Positions 32,218 through 41,189 of a stretch of 64,000 nucleotides of DNA are shown one piece after another. Below the pieces are notes generated by a model that was not told the DNA's origin, searched no databases, and worked only from the letters and a program-made list of their open reading frames with translations. The stretch comes from an uncultured Alphaproteobacteria bacterium (GTDB lineage Bacteria > Pseudomonadota > Alphaproteobacteria > Rs-D84), in NCBI GenBank assembly GCA_944390225.1, contig CALXPB010000004.1, forward strand, positions 2,366-66,365, read 5' to 3'. Numbering within the stretch: the stretch's first letter is position 1; each line of letters starts with the position of its first letter. A program made the position numbers and the translations under genes.

Positions 32218-34491
32218 TTAGAACTGAGTCTCAAACGACAACAAGAACCGTTGTTCTCTATCATACTTATCCATTTTCAGTGGCCAGCCCCAACTGAAAT
32301 TCATTGGTCCCATCGGAGTATTCCAATAAACGCCGACACCGACAGAGGTTCTTATGTTATCGTCTATGTAATTAGGTCTTCCTGCAAAATAATATTCTTC
32401 TTTTGGTGGTTTGCCCAAGATACCATAATCAAAGAAAACAAAACCCTTTATTTGGTATTCATCGGGTATGAAAATCGGGAAGTTCAATTGCGTAGAACCG
32501 TTAATTTTCCAAAGTCCTCCCAAAGAATATGTGGTATAATACCAATTGCGTGAACCAACGCCGGCGATATCGAATCCACGAAGGGATTCACCACCCAAGA
32601 AATATCTATAAACACGAGAAATGTAGTCGTCATTAATAGGTTGCAACAAACCAAAGTCCAGCGAAGAACGTAATTGCCATCTATCATCCCAGAATTTTAC
32701 CATACCGATTATATCTGCGCTGTATCGCATATAAGTTTCTGTGCCGCCAAAACCTGTATACGCTATACCCGCATTTGCAACTATCCCTGTATGAGTATTT
32801 TGTTCAAAGTTCGTGTCAAGGTTATAGTACCGTAGGTTAGTACTTAAAGTGTATAAATTAGCATCTCGCCAACCTGTTGCAGATTGTAGGTCATAATTTT
32901 GATCGAACGATGCGGATAATCTGACGGTCTGAAACCAATGGTCTGTCAGACGCCATCCCATACGAGTCGCAACGGTTAAAGAATCACGATCATATCCGAA
33001 ACCGCCTAATGACGAATAGTCATACATCGTATAAGATACATCGAATCCACCGGATAATTGGCGCCCGAATAAGTACGGTTCGGTAAAACTGAACAGTGCT
33101 TGTTTTTGGTACTGTGCTATTGAGCCACGTAATTGTACGACTTGCCCGCGTCCCATAAAATTGCTTTCTGTGATACCGGCATCAACCATGAATCCGTTTA
33201 TATTTGACCAACCAAAACCACCAGATAATTCACCGGTTGGTTGTTCCTCGACTTTTATGTCTAAATTCATCATATTTGCATCGGCAATACGACTGGGAAC
33301 CATTTGTACATCTTTAAAATACCTTGTTCGCATCAGGTTTTGACGACCTTCTTCAATCGTCTGTAACGAGAACGGATCACCCGCCCGCATGGGTATTAAC
33401 TGTTCTATGACGCTATCAAAAGTACGAACGTTGCCGAGAATATTTATAGAATTTAAATATACTCGATTTGTCTTCTGGATTTTAAAGTTTAAGTCAATAG
33501 TTTTTTCTTCGTCATTTTTCTGTGGTATCGGTTCTACATTTATAAAGGCGTAACCATAGTCTGCAACTGCCCCGCGTAATGCAGATATTGTTTCGTCAAC
33601 TTCATCTATGTTATATACATCACCTTTTGACATAACTATAACGTCGTATAGTTCTTCATCTGGTACGTCTGGAAAAGGGTTGTCTATGGTAAGATTCCCA
33701 AATTTATATTTTTCCCCTTCGTTTATTGTAAATACAACAGAATAATACTGTCTATCTGGCGTGAAAGTACCATTCGCGTCGGTTATTTGAACATCGACAT
33801 AACCGTTGCGCATATAGAACTGGCGTAGCATTTGTTCATCATATTTGATTCTATCCTCATCAAACACATCAAACTGAGTCATAAAGCGCCACCATGCATG
33901 TTCGCGAGATAAAATTTCACCTCGCAGAGTACGGTCGCTAAATTTTTTATTTCCTTCAAAGTCAATATCAGTTATATATGTAGGATGTCCTTCTGTTATT
34001 TCGTAAACGACGTTAACGCGGTTATCTTCTAATTCAATTTTTTTCGGTTCAATTTTAGTTCCGAAAAAACCCTTTCGTTGATATAAAGTAAGCATTCTTT
34101 GAACGTCTGCGCCGATTACGGATTCGTCATAAGAAACGCGTTCTTTCATACGAAGTTCTTTTTTTAAGTCATCAGTAGATATTTCGTCGTTGCCTTCTAC
34201 TGTTACCATATTTACAGTTGGGGCTTCTTGTATATTTATTTTCAATACATTACCCGACATACGAACGTTGATTTTAGAAAAGTATCCACTTTCTTGCAAT
34301 TTCTTTGCAATTTGATTTGCGCGTTCTGTTCCTACATTTTCACCTATTTTCACATCGGATAAAATACGTATAGATTCTGCGTCCATACGTTTATTACCAC
34401 TGACATCTATTCTTGATACCGTCGCGGCGTTTGCCAGCGAGATAAATGTTCCAGAACAAATTGTTAAAACTAAACTTATTTTTCTATTCAT
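32218..34491 (-). CDS. bamA: outer-membrane protein assembly factor BamA
   Basis: About 757 aa. Signal peptide, five POTRA-like repeats, C-terminal barrel ending ...LLSFETQF. Start is set at ATG 34491 (MNRKISL...); the track start 34506 overlaps rseP. Confidence 0.9.
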   Translation of the reverse strand: MNRKISLVLTICSGTFISLANAATVSRIDVSGNKRMDAESIRILSDVKIGENVGTERANQIAKKLQESGYFSKINVRMSGNVLKINIQEAPTVNMVTVEGNDEISTDDLKKELRMKERVSYDESVIGADVQRMLTLYQRKGFFGTKIEPKKIELEDNRVNVVYEITEGHPTYITDIDFEGNKKFSDRTLRGEILSREHAWWRFMTQFDVFDEDRIKYDEQMLRQFYMRNGYVDVQITDANGTFTPDRQYYSVVFTINEGEKYKFGNLTIDNPFPDVPDEELYDVIVMSKGDVYNIDEVDETISALRGAVADYGYAFINVEPIPQKNDEEKTIDLNFKIQKTNRVYLNSINILGNVRTFDSVIEQLIPMRAGDPFSLQTIEEGRQNLMRTRYFKDVQMVPSRIADANMMNLDIKVEEQPTGELSGGFGWSNINGFMVDAGITESNFMGRGQVVQLRGSIAQYQKQALFSFTEPYLFGRQLSGGFDVSYTMYDYSSLGGFGYDRDSLTVATRMGWRLTDHWFQTVRLSASFDQNYDLQSATGWRDANLYTLSTNLRYYNLDTNFEQNTHTGIVANAGIAYTGFGGTETYMRYSADIIGMVKFWDDRWQLRSSLDFGLLQPINDDYISRVYRYFLGGESLRGFDIAGVGSRNWYYTTYSLGGLWKINGSTQLNFPIFIPDEYQIKGFVFFDYGILGKPPKEEYYFAGRPNYIDDNIRTSVGVGVYWNTPMGPMNFSWGWPLKMDKYDREQRFLLSFETQF

Positions 34492-34492
34492 A

Positions 34493-35551
34493 TTAATTAA
34501 ACCCAAATACGCGTGCTAAGTCATTCCACATTGTCAGCGCAAACAATGCAAATATGAAAATCCAACCGGCTATGATTGCATATTCCATACTTTTCCCGCC
34601 AAGTTTGCGTCTGGTAATTGCTTCTATGATAAGTATCAACAGGTACCCGCCGTCCAGAACGGGTAGTGGCAGTAAGTTTATAATACCAAGATTTACGGAC
34701 AGTAAAGCGATTATTGATAACAACGCAAAGAATCCCATTGCCATGGCCTTTCCGGACACTTCTGCAATAGTGATGAACGAACCCAATTGTTTAGAAGAAC
34801 GTTCACCAGTAACAATTTGTTTTAATACCACCAGCAAAGTTTTTGATTGGTAATAAGTTTCGCGTGCTCCGGAATATAAGGCACCGAAAAAGCCCTTCTT
34901 TCTGAATTCTGTTTTATTACCGTCTGCGACCAGCCCCCATCGTTCAGCAGGTGATAGTTGTACTTTTATCAATTTGTCGCCCCGTGCAATAAGAACATTA
35001 GCGTTTCTGTTAGCCGCCAGTTCTTTTGCTATTATTATTTCACCCCAGTTAGTAATTTTTTCATTATCAATACGAACTATGACATCGCCTGGTTTTAAGC
35101 CTGCCTTGAATGCGGTGCTTTCTTGTATGACTTGTCCGACTACGGGCAGTTGAACGTTTTTAGGTTGGAACATAAACATTGCGGAATATATGAACCACGC
35201 CAGAATAAAGTTCATAAACACACCGGCGGCAATGATTATGAATTGCTTCCATGCGGGAGCAGAAAGATAATGCCCCTTCTTTTTATCTTCTGGCAGGTCT
35301 TGGTATTTTTTACGATCAAACATATCTTCTTGACCGTAAATAGATACATAACCACCAAGTGGCAACCAAGAAACTTTCCACATAGTACCTTTTTTATCGT
35401 GCCATTTTACAATTGCGGGGCCAAAGCCTATTGAAAAAGTGTTTACGCGTACGCCAGCCCAGCGTGCCGCCAGAAAATGTCCTAATTCATGCACGAAAAC
35501 TACTACGCCCAGAACTATTAATAGTGCGACGATGGTTAAAATGATATGCAT
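34493..35551 (-). CDS. rseP: RIP zinc metalloprotease RseP
   Basis: HELGHFLAARWAGVRV (HExxH), a PDZ segment, and C-terminal NLLPLPVLDGG. Confidence 0.9.
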   Translation of the reverse strand: MHIILTIVALLIVLGVVVFVHELGHFLAARWAGVRVNTFSIGFGPAIVKWHDKKGTMWKVSWLPLGGYVSIYGQEDMFDRKKYQDLPEDKKKGHYLSAPAWKQFIIIAAGVFMNFILAWFIYSAMFMFQPKNVQLPVVGQVIQESTAFKAGLKPGDVIVRIDNEKITNWGEIIIAKELAANRNANVLIARGDKLIKVQLSPAERWGLVADGNKTEFRKKGFFGALYSGARETYYQSKTLLVVLKQIVTGERSSKQLGSFITIAEVSGKAMAMGFFALLSIIALLSVNLGIINLLPLPVLDGGYLLILIIEAITRRKLGGKSMEYAIIAGWIFIFALFALTMWNDLARVFGFN

Positions 35552-35581
35552 TACTTTATTTCCTTATTTCCTTTGAAAGAC

Positions 35582-36226
35582 TTACAGCATAATTAACCAT
35601 ACCAGTGGCAGAACGTAAATCCAACCGTCGAATCTGTCTAACATTCCACCATGTCCGGGTAAAATGCGGCCGAAATCTTTCAACCCCATTTTTCTTTTAA
35701 TCCAACTGGCAGTTAAATCACCGTATTGGCTTAATAAAGATATACTGATACCAATCCACATTAGTTGGGGCATAAAGGTATCTGCTCCCAGTAAGCCGTA
35801 CATTATAGATGCGAATGTTCCGCATAATATGCCGGCAATTTGTCCCGACCAGGTTTTTGCGGCGGACAATCTTTCCCACATTTTATCGCCACCCAACCAG
35901 CGCCCGAAGAACCATGCACCGATATCTGCAAAACTGATGATTAAAAGTAATAACAGCATAATCCAAGGTCGTGAACCGACACTGCTTACCGCAATAAGCA
36001 TAACGAATAACCAAAGTAAGAAAATGCTGAAAGTTATCTGATTACTTTTCAGTGTTTCTTTCGGTATATGAGTCATACATATAATCATTTCCAGAATCAT
36101 TGTCAGAACAATTATGATTCCAAGATATTTAACCGCATGAATTCCGAAATATTCTGCCAAGGCAGCCAATACAACTACCAAAGCCATTATTGCACCTACT
36201 ATTACACGTTTTTTTGTGTCAGACAT
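35582..36226 (-). CDS. cdsA: phosphatidate cytidylyltransferase
   Basis: Polytopic, 214 aa. Signature SWIKRKMGLKDFGRILPGHGGMLDRFDG. Confidence 0.85.
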   Translation of the reverse strand: MSDTKKRVIVGAIMALVVVLAALAEYFGIHAVKYLGIIIVLTMILEMIICMTHIPKETLKSNQITFSIFLLWLFVMLIAVSSVGSRPWIMLLLLLIISFADIGAWFFGRWLGGDKMWERLSAAKTWSGQIAGILCGTFASIMYGLLGADTFMPQLMWIGISISLLSQYGDLTASWIKRKMGLKDFGRILPGHGGMLDRFDGWIYVLPLVWLIML

Positions 36227-36238
36227 AGTTTTTACCTC

Positions 36239-37000
36239 TTATTTTTTCTTTCCTGAATAGTTCGCTTTTTTCCCGCCTCCAAAGCGTCTGTTTCTTTTTG
36301 CAAATTCATCTAACGTGTATTGCCACAGTTTTTCGCTTTTTACTAATTCAGGCCAGTGTTCCGGGATGAACAGCAGTTCAGCATAAGCCAGTTTCCATAG
36401 CAAGAAATTAGATATTCTAAATTCATTGCTGGTTCTAACCATCAAGTCAATCGGTAGTAATTCTCCTGTGTCCAAGAAAGTCTCAAAAGTTTCTTTATCA
36501 ACAGTTTTTCCTGCAATAACGGCTTCGTTAACTGCGTTGATGATTTCATCTTGTCCGCCATAGTTCAGAGCAAAGACGACCGTTCCACCGGTATTTTCTG
36601 CCGATTTTTCTTCCAGTTCATCGCATAATTTTGCTAATTTTTTAGGTAATTTATCACGTGAACCGATTACGCGATATCGCAGGTTCTTCTCGACGGCGTG
36701 TTTAAGATTTTTCTTTAATTCTGTATAGAAAAGTTCCATCAAGAAATCAATTTCTTCTTTTGATCGGTTCCAGTTTTCTGTAGAGAATATAAAGAACGTG
36801 ATAGTTGAAACACCGCGAGCAATAAACCAGTCAACTAAGTTTTCAAAATTAGCAATGCCGGCTTTATGTCCCATAAGTGGTGGCAGACCATGTGCCTCTG
36901 CCCAACGGCGATTGCCGTCGCAAATAAAGGCAATATGTTGTGGTAATTTTGCCGTTTCTTTGTATTGAGATTCTTTTTTCTTTTTAAATAATTTTAGCAT
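36239..37000 (-). CDS. uppS: isoprenyl transferase (undecaprenyl diphosphate synthase)
   Basis: HIAFICDGNRRWA, VSTITFFIFSTENW, and RTSNEFRISNFLLW. Confidence 0.9.
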   Translation of the reverse strand: MLKLFKKKKESQYKETAKLPQHIAFICDGNRRWAEAHGLPPLMGHKAGIANFENLVDWFIARGVSTITFFIFSTENWNRSKEEIDFLMELFYTELKKNLKHAVEKNLRYRVIGSRDKLPKKLAKLCDELEEKSAENTGGTVVFALNYGGQDEIINAVNEAVIAGKTVDKETFETFLDTGELLPIDLMVRTSNEFRISNFLLWKLAYAELLFIPEHWPELVKSEKLWQYTLDEFAKRNRRFGGGKKANYSGKKK

Positions 37001-37023
37001 TTTTTATATCCGATGGTTTAAAA

Positions 37024-37584
37024 TTAAACAGACATAATGTCATTTTCTTTTTGTTTAGCCAAGGCATCAACTTCTGCGGAACGAGCATCAAAGACTTTTT
37101 GTAAATCGTCTTCAAACTTATGCTGTTCATCTTCTGAAATTTCTTTATCTGTGACGGCGCGTTTAATTTTACTCATTGCGTCTTGCCTGATATTTCGCAT
37201 AGAGATTTTTGCATCTTCGGCGTATTTCCCAGAAACTTTTGTCAGTTCTTTACGACGTTCTTCTGTAAGAGGTGGCATGTTTAGCCTGATTACGCCACCG
37301 GCAGTCATCGGATTTAACCCCAAACCAGAATCACGAATTGCTTTTTCAATAGCACCGGCATTATTAATATCCCATACGGTAACAGTTAAAGTTTGGGTGT
37401 CTGGTGTAGCAATAGTTGCCAGTTGATTTAACGGCATATCAGAACCATAGACAGGAACCCGAACCCCGTCCAAAAGGTGCACGGATGCGCGACCTGTACG
37501 CAGACCGGCATATTCATTTTTCAGAACGTCAATTGTTTGCAAGGTTTTTTGTTCTACTTCATTTTTTAAAGATAGATAATCCAT
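37024..37584 (-). CDS. frr: ribosome recycling factor
   Basis: 186 aa from ATG 37584 (SD aaggag). LLDGVRVPVYGSDMPLNQLATI..P, LTEERRKELTK. The track's longer N-terminus would overlap the tRNA promoter. Confidence 0.9.
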   Translation of the reverse strand: MDYLSLKNEVEQKTLQTIDVLKNEYAGLRTGRASVHLLDGVRVPVYGSDMPLNQLATIATPDTQTLTVTVWDINNAGAIEKAIRDSGLGLNPMTAGGVIRLNMPPLTEERRKELTKVSGKYAEDAKISMRNIRQDAMSKIKRAVTDKEISEDEQHKFEDDLQKVFDARSAEVDALAKQKENDIMSV

Positions 37585-37623
37585 AATGTGTCTCCTTCTG
37601 AGTAAAAAGGTTAGCAAATTGAT

Positions 37624-37652
37624 TTGACTTTTTGCAAGAAGAAATATAGAAT
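37624..37652 (+). promoter_or_regulatory. sigma70-like promoter TTGACT-N17-TAGAAT for the tRNA pair
   Basis: ttgact ttttgcaagaagaaata tagaat, 12 nt upstream of tRNA-Ala. Confidence 0.55.
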
Positions 37653-37664
37653 GGAGCAACGCAA

Positions 37665-37740
37665 GGGGTTGTAGCTCAGTTGGTAGAGCACTTGCATGGC
37701 ATGCAAGGGGTCGTCAGTTCGAGTCTGATCAGCTCCACCA
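37665..37740 (+). tRNA. tRNA-Ala (anticodon GGC)
   Basis: 76 nt folded by hand. Acceptor GGGGTTG/CAGCTCC with G3:U70, anticodon loop aTGGCat, T-loop TTCGAGT, encoded CCA. Confidence 0.88.
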
Positions 37741-37753
37741 AGAGATAGAGAAT

Positions 37754-37831
37754 GGCGGATGTAGCTCAGCTGGTTAGAGCGTTGGTTTGTGGTACCAAAT
37801 GTCGCCGGTTCGAATCCGGTCATCCGCCCCA
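37754..37831 (+). tRNA. tRNA-His (anticodon GTG) with encoded G-1
   Basis: 78 nt. The extra 5' G pairs with C73. Anticodon loop tTGTGgt, T-loop TTCGAAT, encoded CCA. Confidence 0.88.
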
Positions 37832-38496
37832 GAATAAACAAAATCGCCGTAAGGCGATTTTGTTTATTCTGCGAAAGGATGGGATGAGAACCGGCGAAGA
37901 AGCCGTTCGAACCGCAGTAAAAAGGCGGACGGCAGTACGCCGTTCTGCGTGAGCAGATTTTACAAGGTGGCGAAGCAATCCGGTCATCCGCCCCAGAATA
38001 AACAAAATCGCCGTAAGGCGATTTTGTTTATTCTGCGAAAGGATGGGATGAGAACCGGCGAAGAAGCCGTTCGAACCGCAGTAAAAAGGCGGACGGCAGT
38101 ACGCCGTTCTGCGTGAGCAGATTTTACAAGGTGGCGAAGCAATCCGGGCAGAAGCCCCAGAATAAAAAAAATCGCCGTAAGGCGATTTTGTTTATTCTGC
38201 GAAAGGATGGGATGAGAACCGGCGAAGAAGCCGTTCGAACCGCAGTAAAAAGGCGGACGGCAGTACGCCGTTCTGCGTGAGCAGATTTTACAAGGTGGCG
38301 AAGCAATCCGGGCAGAAGCCCCAGAATAAAAAAAATCGCCGTAAGGCGATTTTGTTTATTCTGCGAAAGGATGGGATGAGAACCGGCGAAGAAGCCGTTC
38401 GAACCGCAGTAAAAAGGCGGACGGCAGTACGCCGTTCTGCGTGAGCAGATTTTACAAGGTGGCGAAGCAATCCGGGTAGAAGTTTCAAAATAAAAA
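37813..38496 (+). repeat. tandem array: 4 full copies plus a partial copy of a 164-bp unit, starting inside the tRNA-His 3' end
   Basis: Unit starts are at 37813, 37977, 38141, 38305 and 38469 (partial), an exact 164-bp period. Copies 1-2 begin with aatccggtcatccgcccca (the tRNA-His 3' end). Copies 3-4 begin with aatccgggcagaagcccca. Each carries the palindrome aataaacaaaatcgcc-gtaa-ggcgattttgtttatt plus about 110 bp that looks GC-richer by eye. Confidence 0.95.
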
Positions 38497-38567
38497 TTAA
38501 GTTAGGAAAATTTTATATCTTGACTTTTTGGGGCTTTTTTATAAATCATTATATATAAGGATTTTTT

Positions 38568-38837
38568 ATGAAAATTGGAAAAAGTACTCGTCTAAAAAAG
38601 AAAAACGATAAAATTGTAAAAGAAAACGCTAATCTTGAAAAGGAAAATGAGATTCTGTTAAAAGAGATTTCAAGTATTATGCAGCAAATAAATTTCCACA
38701 AAGAAAGAATAGAACATATAAATTTTAAAATTAATAAAGAACATTTAAAAAAAGAAAAATTAATAGAATTTTATCAAAAAAATTTTGGGGCTAAAAATTC
38801 TTTTTCTACTTCATCTTTTATTGAAAAGGAAAAATGA
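38568..38837 (+). CDS. hypothetical Lys/Glu/Asn-rich coiled-coil protein (89 aa)
   Basis: ORF only. Low-complexity helical sequence. Coding status uncertain. Confidence 0.35.
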   Translation: MKIGKSTRLKKKNDKIVKENANLEKENEILLKEISSIMQQINFHKERIEHINFKINKEHLKKEKLIEFYQKNFGAKNSFSTSSFIEKEK

Positions 38838-38850
38838 AAAAGGAAGAATT

Positions 38851-39150
38851 ATGAATACAGACAGTAAAGAAGACGCCCCCCCTGATAGTAGTTTAATTCG
38901 GGGAATAAGAGAAGAAAAAGAAACGAGTAAGCAACTAAAACTCTATAACCGGCAACTGCGTGATATAAATAAAAAATTGCGTCGCAGGTATGCCGTGTTA
39001 AAAGCAGAACTAGCAAATATTTCAAACGAAGCAGATTATTACGAACGTCAAATCAAGGAAAAAGAAAAATTGAGTTATTTATTGGCGGAACAGATATATT
39101 TGTCGTATGTCAAAGCGTTTAAAAGTAATAAGAGGGGACGCACCAAATAA
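38851..39150 (+). CDS. hypothetical coiled-coil protein (99 aa)
   Basis: ATG 38851 with SD aggaag. Charged helical sequence, followed by a strong terminator. Confidence 0.4.
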   Translation: MNTDSKEDAPPDSSLIRGIREEKETSKQLKLYNRQLRDINKKLRRRYAVLKAELANISNEADYYERQIKEKEKLSYLLAEQIYLSYVKAFKSNKRGRTK

Positions 39151-39176
39151 AAATCCCGCAATTGCGGGATTTTTAT
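39149..39176. terminator. bidirectional intrinsic terminator
   Basis: aaaaATCCCGCAattGCGGGATtttt, between convergent genes. Confidence 0.75.
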
Positions 39177-40973
39177 TTAGCCGACTAATTTATGCCATAA
39201 ACTAGATTTTTTATTAGTTATTTTTTTACGACGGCGTCTGGGCGCGTTCATAGTTGTCTTTTTTGCTTCTATGTGTTGAGCGTTCTTCTTTTTAGCGTCC
39301 GTAGACGGTTCATACGCATTTAATAATTCTTCTGTTTTGTTTTGCTCTGGTGCAACGCGCTGAATTGAATATTGGTCTATATTCATCAGGCTATCATCAC
39401 CGACAATAACGATTTCCGTTTCAAATTCAGATTCCATTGCCGCCAGTTCAGCGCGCTTATGATTCAGTAAGTAAATTGCAACGTCCGTCGGAACCGTCAT
39501 AATGATTTTCTGTGCGCTTTTTGCCAACAGTTTTTCTTGCAAATGGCGGAAAAGAATTATTGCCGCCGTCTGTATACTGGGTACAACACCAGCCCCCATA
39601 CAGTGCGGGCACTGAACATAAGAAGATTCCATAAAACTACTGCGTAAGCGCTGACGAGATAACATCAGAACTCCGAAGTTATTTATTTTTGCAACTTGTG
39701 TACGTGCACGGTCGCGTTTCATAACTTCGCGCATTTTCATTTCTAACTTGCGGTTATTTTTTTCTTCTTCCATATCAATGAAGTCAATAGCGATGATGCC
39801 CGCCAAATCGCGCAAGCGAAGTTGTAAAGCAATTTCTTCGGCCGCCTCTAAGTTAGTGTTCAGTGCGGTTAGTTCGATATCTTTTTCTTTAATTGCACGA
39901 GACGAATTAACATCAATCGTCACCATTGCTTCTGTCTGATTAATCACCAAGGACCCACCAGATGGCAGTTGAACGTACGGTCCATGTAAGCCTTCCAGTT
40001 GCTTTTCTATACCGGCCTTTACCATTAATGGAACGGCAGGGTCTTTATACTGCACAAGTTGCTTGCGCGGGACGCGTCCGTACATTTGCTGAAAGTATTG
40101 TTTTGCGGCGTCAAAGGCTTCTTCTCCTTGGATGACCAATACATCTTCTTTGTCGGAAAGAAAATCACGAACTACACGGCGCAACAAAGAGTCTTCTGTA
40201 TGTATTGTGACAGGAGCGACGGATTCTAATGTAGTCTTACGAATTTCGTTCCAAAGATTTACAAGATAGTCGTAGTCTTTTGCAATTTCAACTGCACTTG
40301 CATCGAATGCCGCGGTACGTAATACCACCGTCATTCCTTTCGGGATTTTTAGTTCGTGCAGTATTTCACGCAATCTGGCGCGTTCATTTTTGTCAGAAAT
40401 CTTTTTAGAAATCCCATAACTGTTTCTTTTCCTGGAATTAGGCATAAGAACAGCAAATCTTCCCGCCAAAGACAAGTATGTTGTCATTGACGCGCCTTTT
40501 TGCCCACGTTCTTCTTTTACACCCTGAACCAGTAAGATTTGTTTAGGCTTTATGACATCTTGAATTTTGAATTCATGAGCCCGTTTGGTGAATTCTTTAT
40601 TATCCTCGCCGGCACTTTGATCATCGTATTCTGCAACTTCGTCGTTTTCATCGTCTGGGTCTTCATCGTCGTCAACTATATTTGCATGAGCCAACTCCAA
40701 CAGTTTCTTTTTCTGTTCGGGAGTTACTTGATAGTAATCGGGATGAATTTCTGAAAACGGTAAGAAACCGTTCTTACCAGAACCATAGTCAACAAAAGCG
40801 GCTTGCAAAGAGGGTTCAACGCGGATGACCTTGGCCAGATATATGTTTCCCTTTATCTGAGGTTTTGTCGTCGTTTCAACGTCAAAATCAGAAACGCGAT
40901 TGGTAGCGGTATCCACCACCACCACTCTGGTTTCTTCTGGGTGGACTGCGTCCACATAAATTTTCTTTGACAT
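39177..40973 (-). CDS. rne: ribonuclease E/G family endoribonuclease (short RNase E type with acidic insert in the S1 domain)
   Basis: S1 domain GNIYLAKVIRVEPSLQAAFVDYG..KNGFLPFSEI is interrupted by a ~50-aa Asp/Glu-rich insert. Catalytic core IDVNS, Zn-link CPHCMGAG, and basic C-terminal tail. Confidence 0.82.
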   Translation of the reverse strand: MSKKIYVDAVHPEETRVVVVDTATNRVSDFDVETTTKPQIKGNIYLAKVIRVEPSLQAAFVDYGSGKNGFLPFSEIHPDYYQVTPEQKKKLLELAHANIVDDDEDPDDENDEVAEYDDQSAGEDNKEFTKRAHEFKIQDVIKPKQILLVQGVKEERGQKGASMTTYLSLAGRFAVLMPNSRKRNSYGISKKISDKNERARLREILHELKIPKGMTVVLRTAAFDASAVEIAKDYDYLVNLWNEIRKTTLESVAPVTIHTEDSLLRRVVRDFLSDKEDVLVIQGEEAFDAAKQYFQQMYGRVPRKQLVQYKDPAVPLMVKAGIEKQLEGLHGPYVQLPSGGSLVINQTEAMVTIDVNSSRAIKEKDIELTALNTNLEAAEEIALQLRLRDLAGIIAIDFIDMEEEKNNRKLEMKMREVMKRDRARTQVAKINNFGVLMLSRQRLRSSFMESSYVQCPHCMGAGVVPSIQTAAIILFRHLQEKLLAKSAQKIIMTVPTDVAIYLLNHKRAELAAMESEFETEIVIVGDDSLMNIDQYSIQRVAPEQNKTEELLNAYEPSTDAKKKNAQHIEAKKTTMNAPRRRRKKITNKKSSLWHKLVG

Positions 40974-41189
40974 TTAATAATCCTTTTGTTTTCTGCGCGT
41001 ATGCGATGGAAATAATCCGTCCCCGTGGGGCGTCCAAGCCCATGCCAAGAGAATGCACAACAATCACAAAAAGCGCAAATCGGATCATAGAAAATAGTGA
41101 TAATACAAACACTTATATTAACTCCATGTCATACGATAGAAAACAGCATAGCATGTGAATATACGATATGGCAAGGTATTTATTTTTTA

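Noticed and set aside
37752-38488. Track ORFs running through the tRNA genes and the 164-bp repeat array (37752-37952 +, 37820-38005 -, 38124-38306 -, 38288-38488 -, 37611-37841 -), which give near-identical peptides.
   Set aside because: The peptides are identical only because the DNA is tandemly repeated. These ORFs overlap tRNA genes and terminator palindromes, lack SD sequences, and are Arg/Ala-rich as expected for antisense GC-rich noise.
37813-38496. Possible CRISPR array.
   Set aside because: The units are 164 bp, contiguous and without unique spacers. There are no cas genes. This is a plain tandem repeat.
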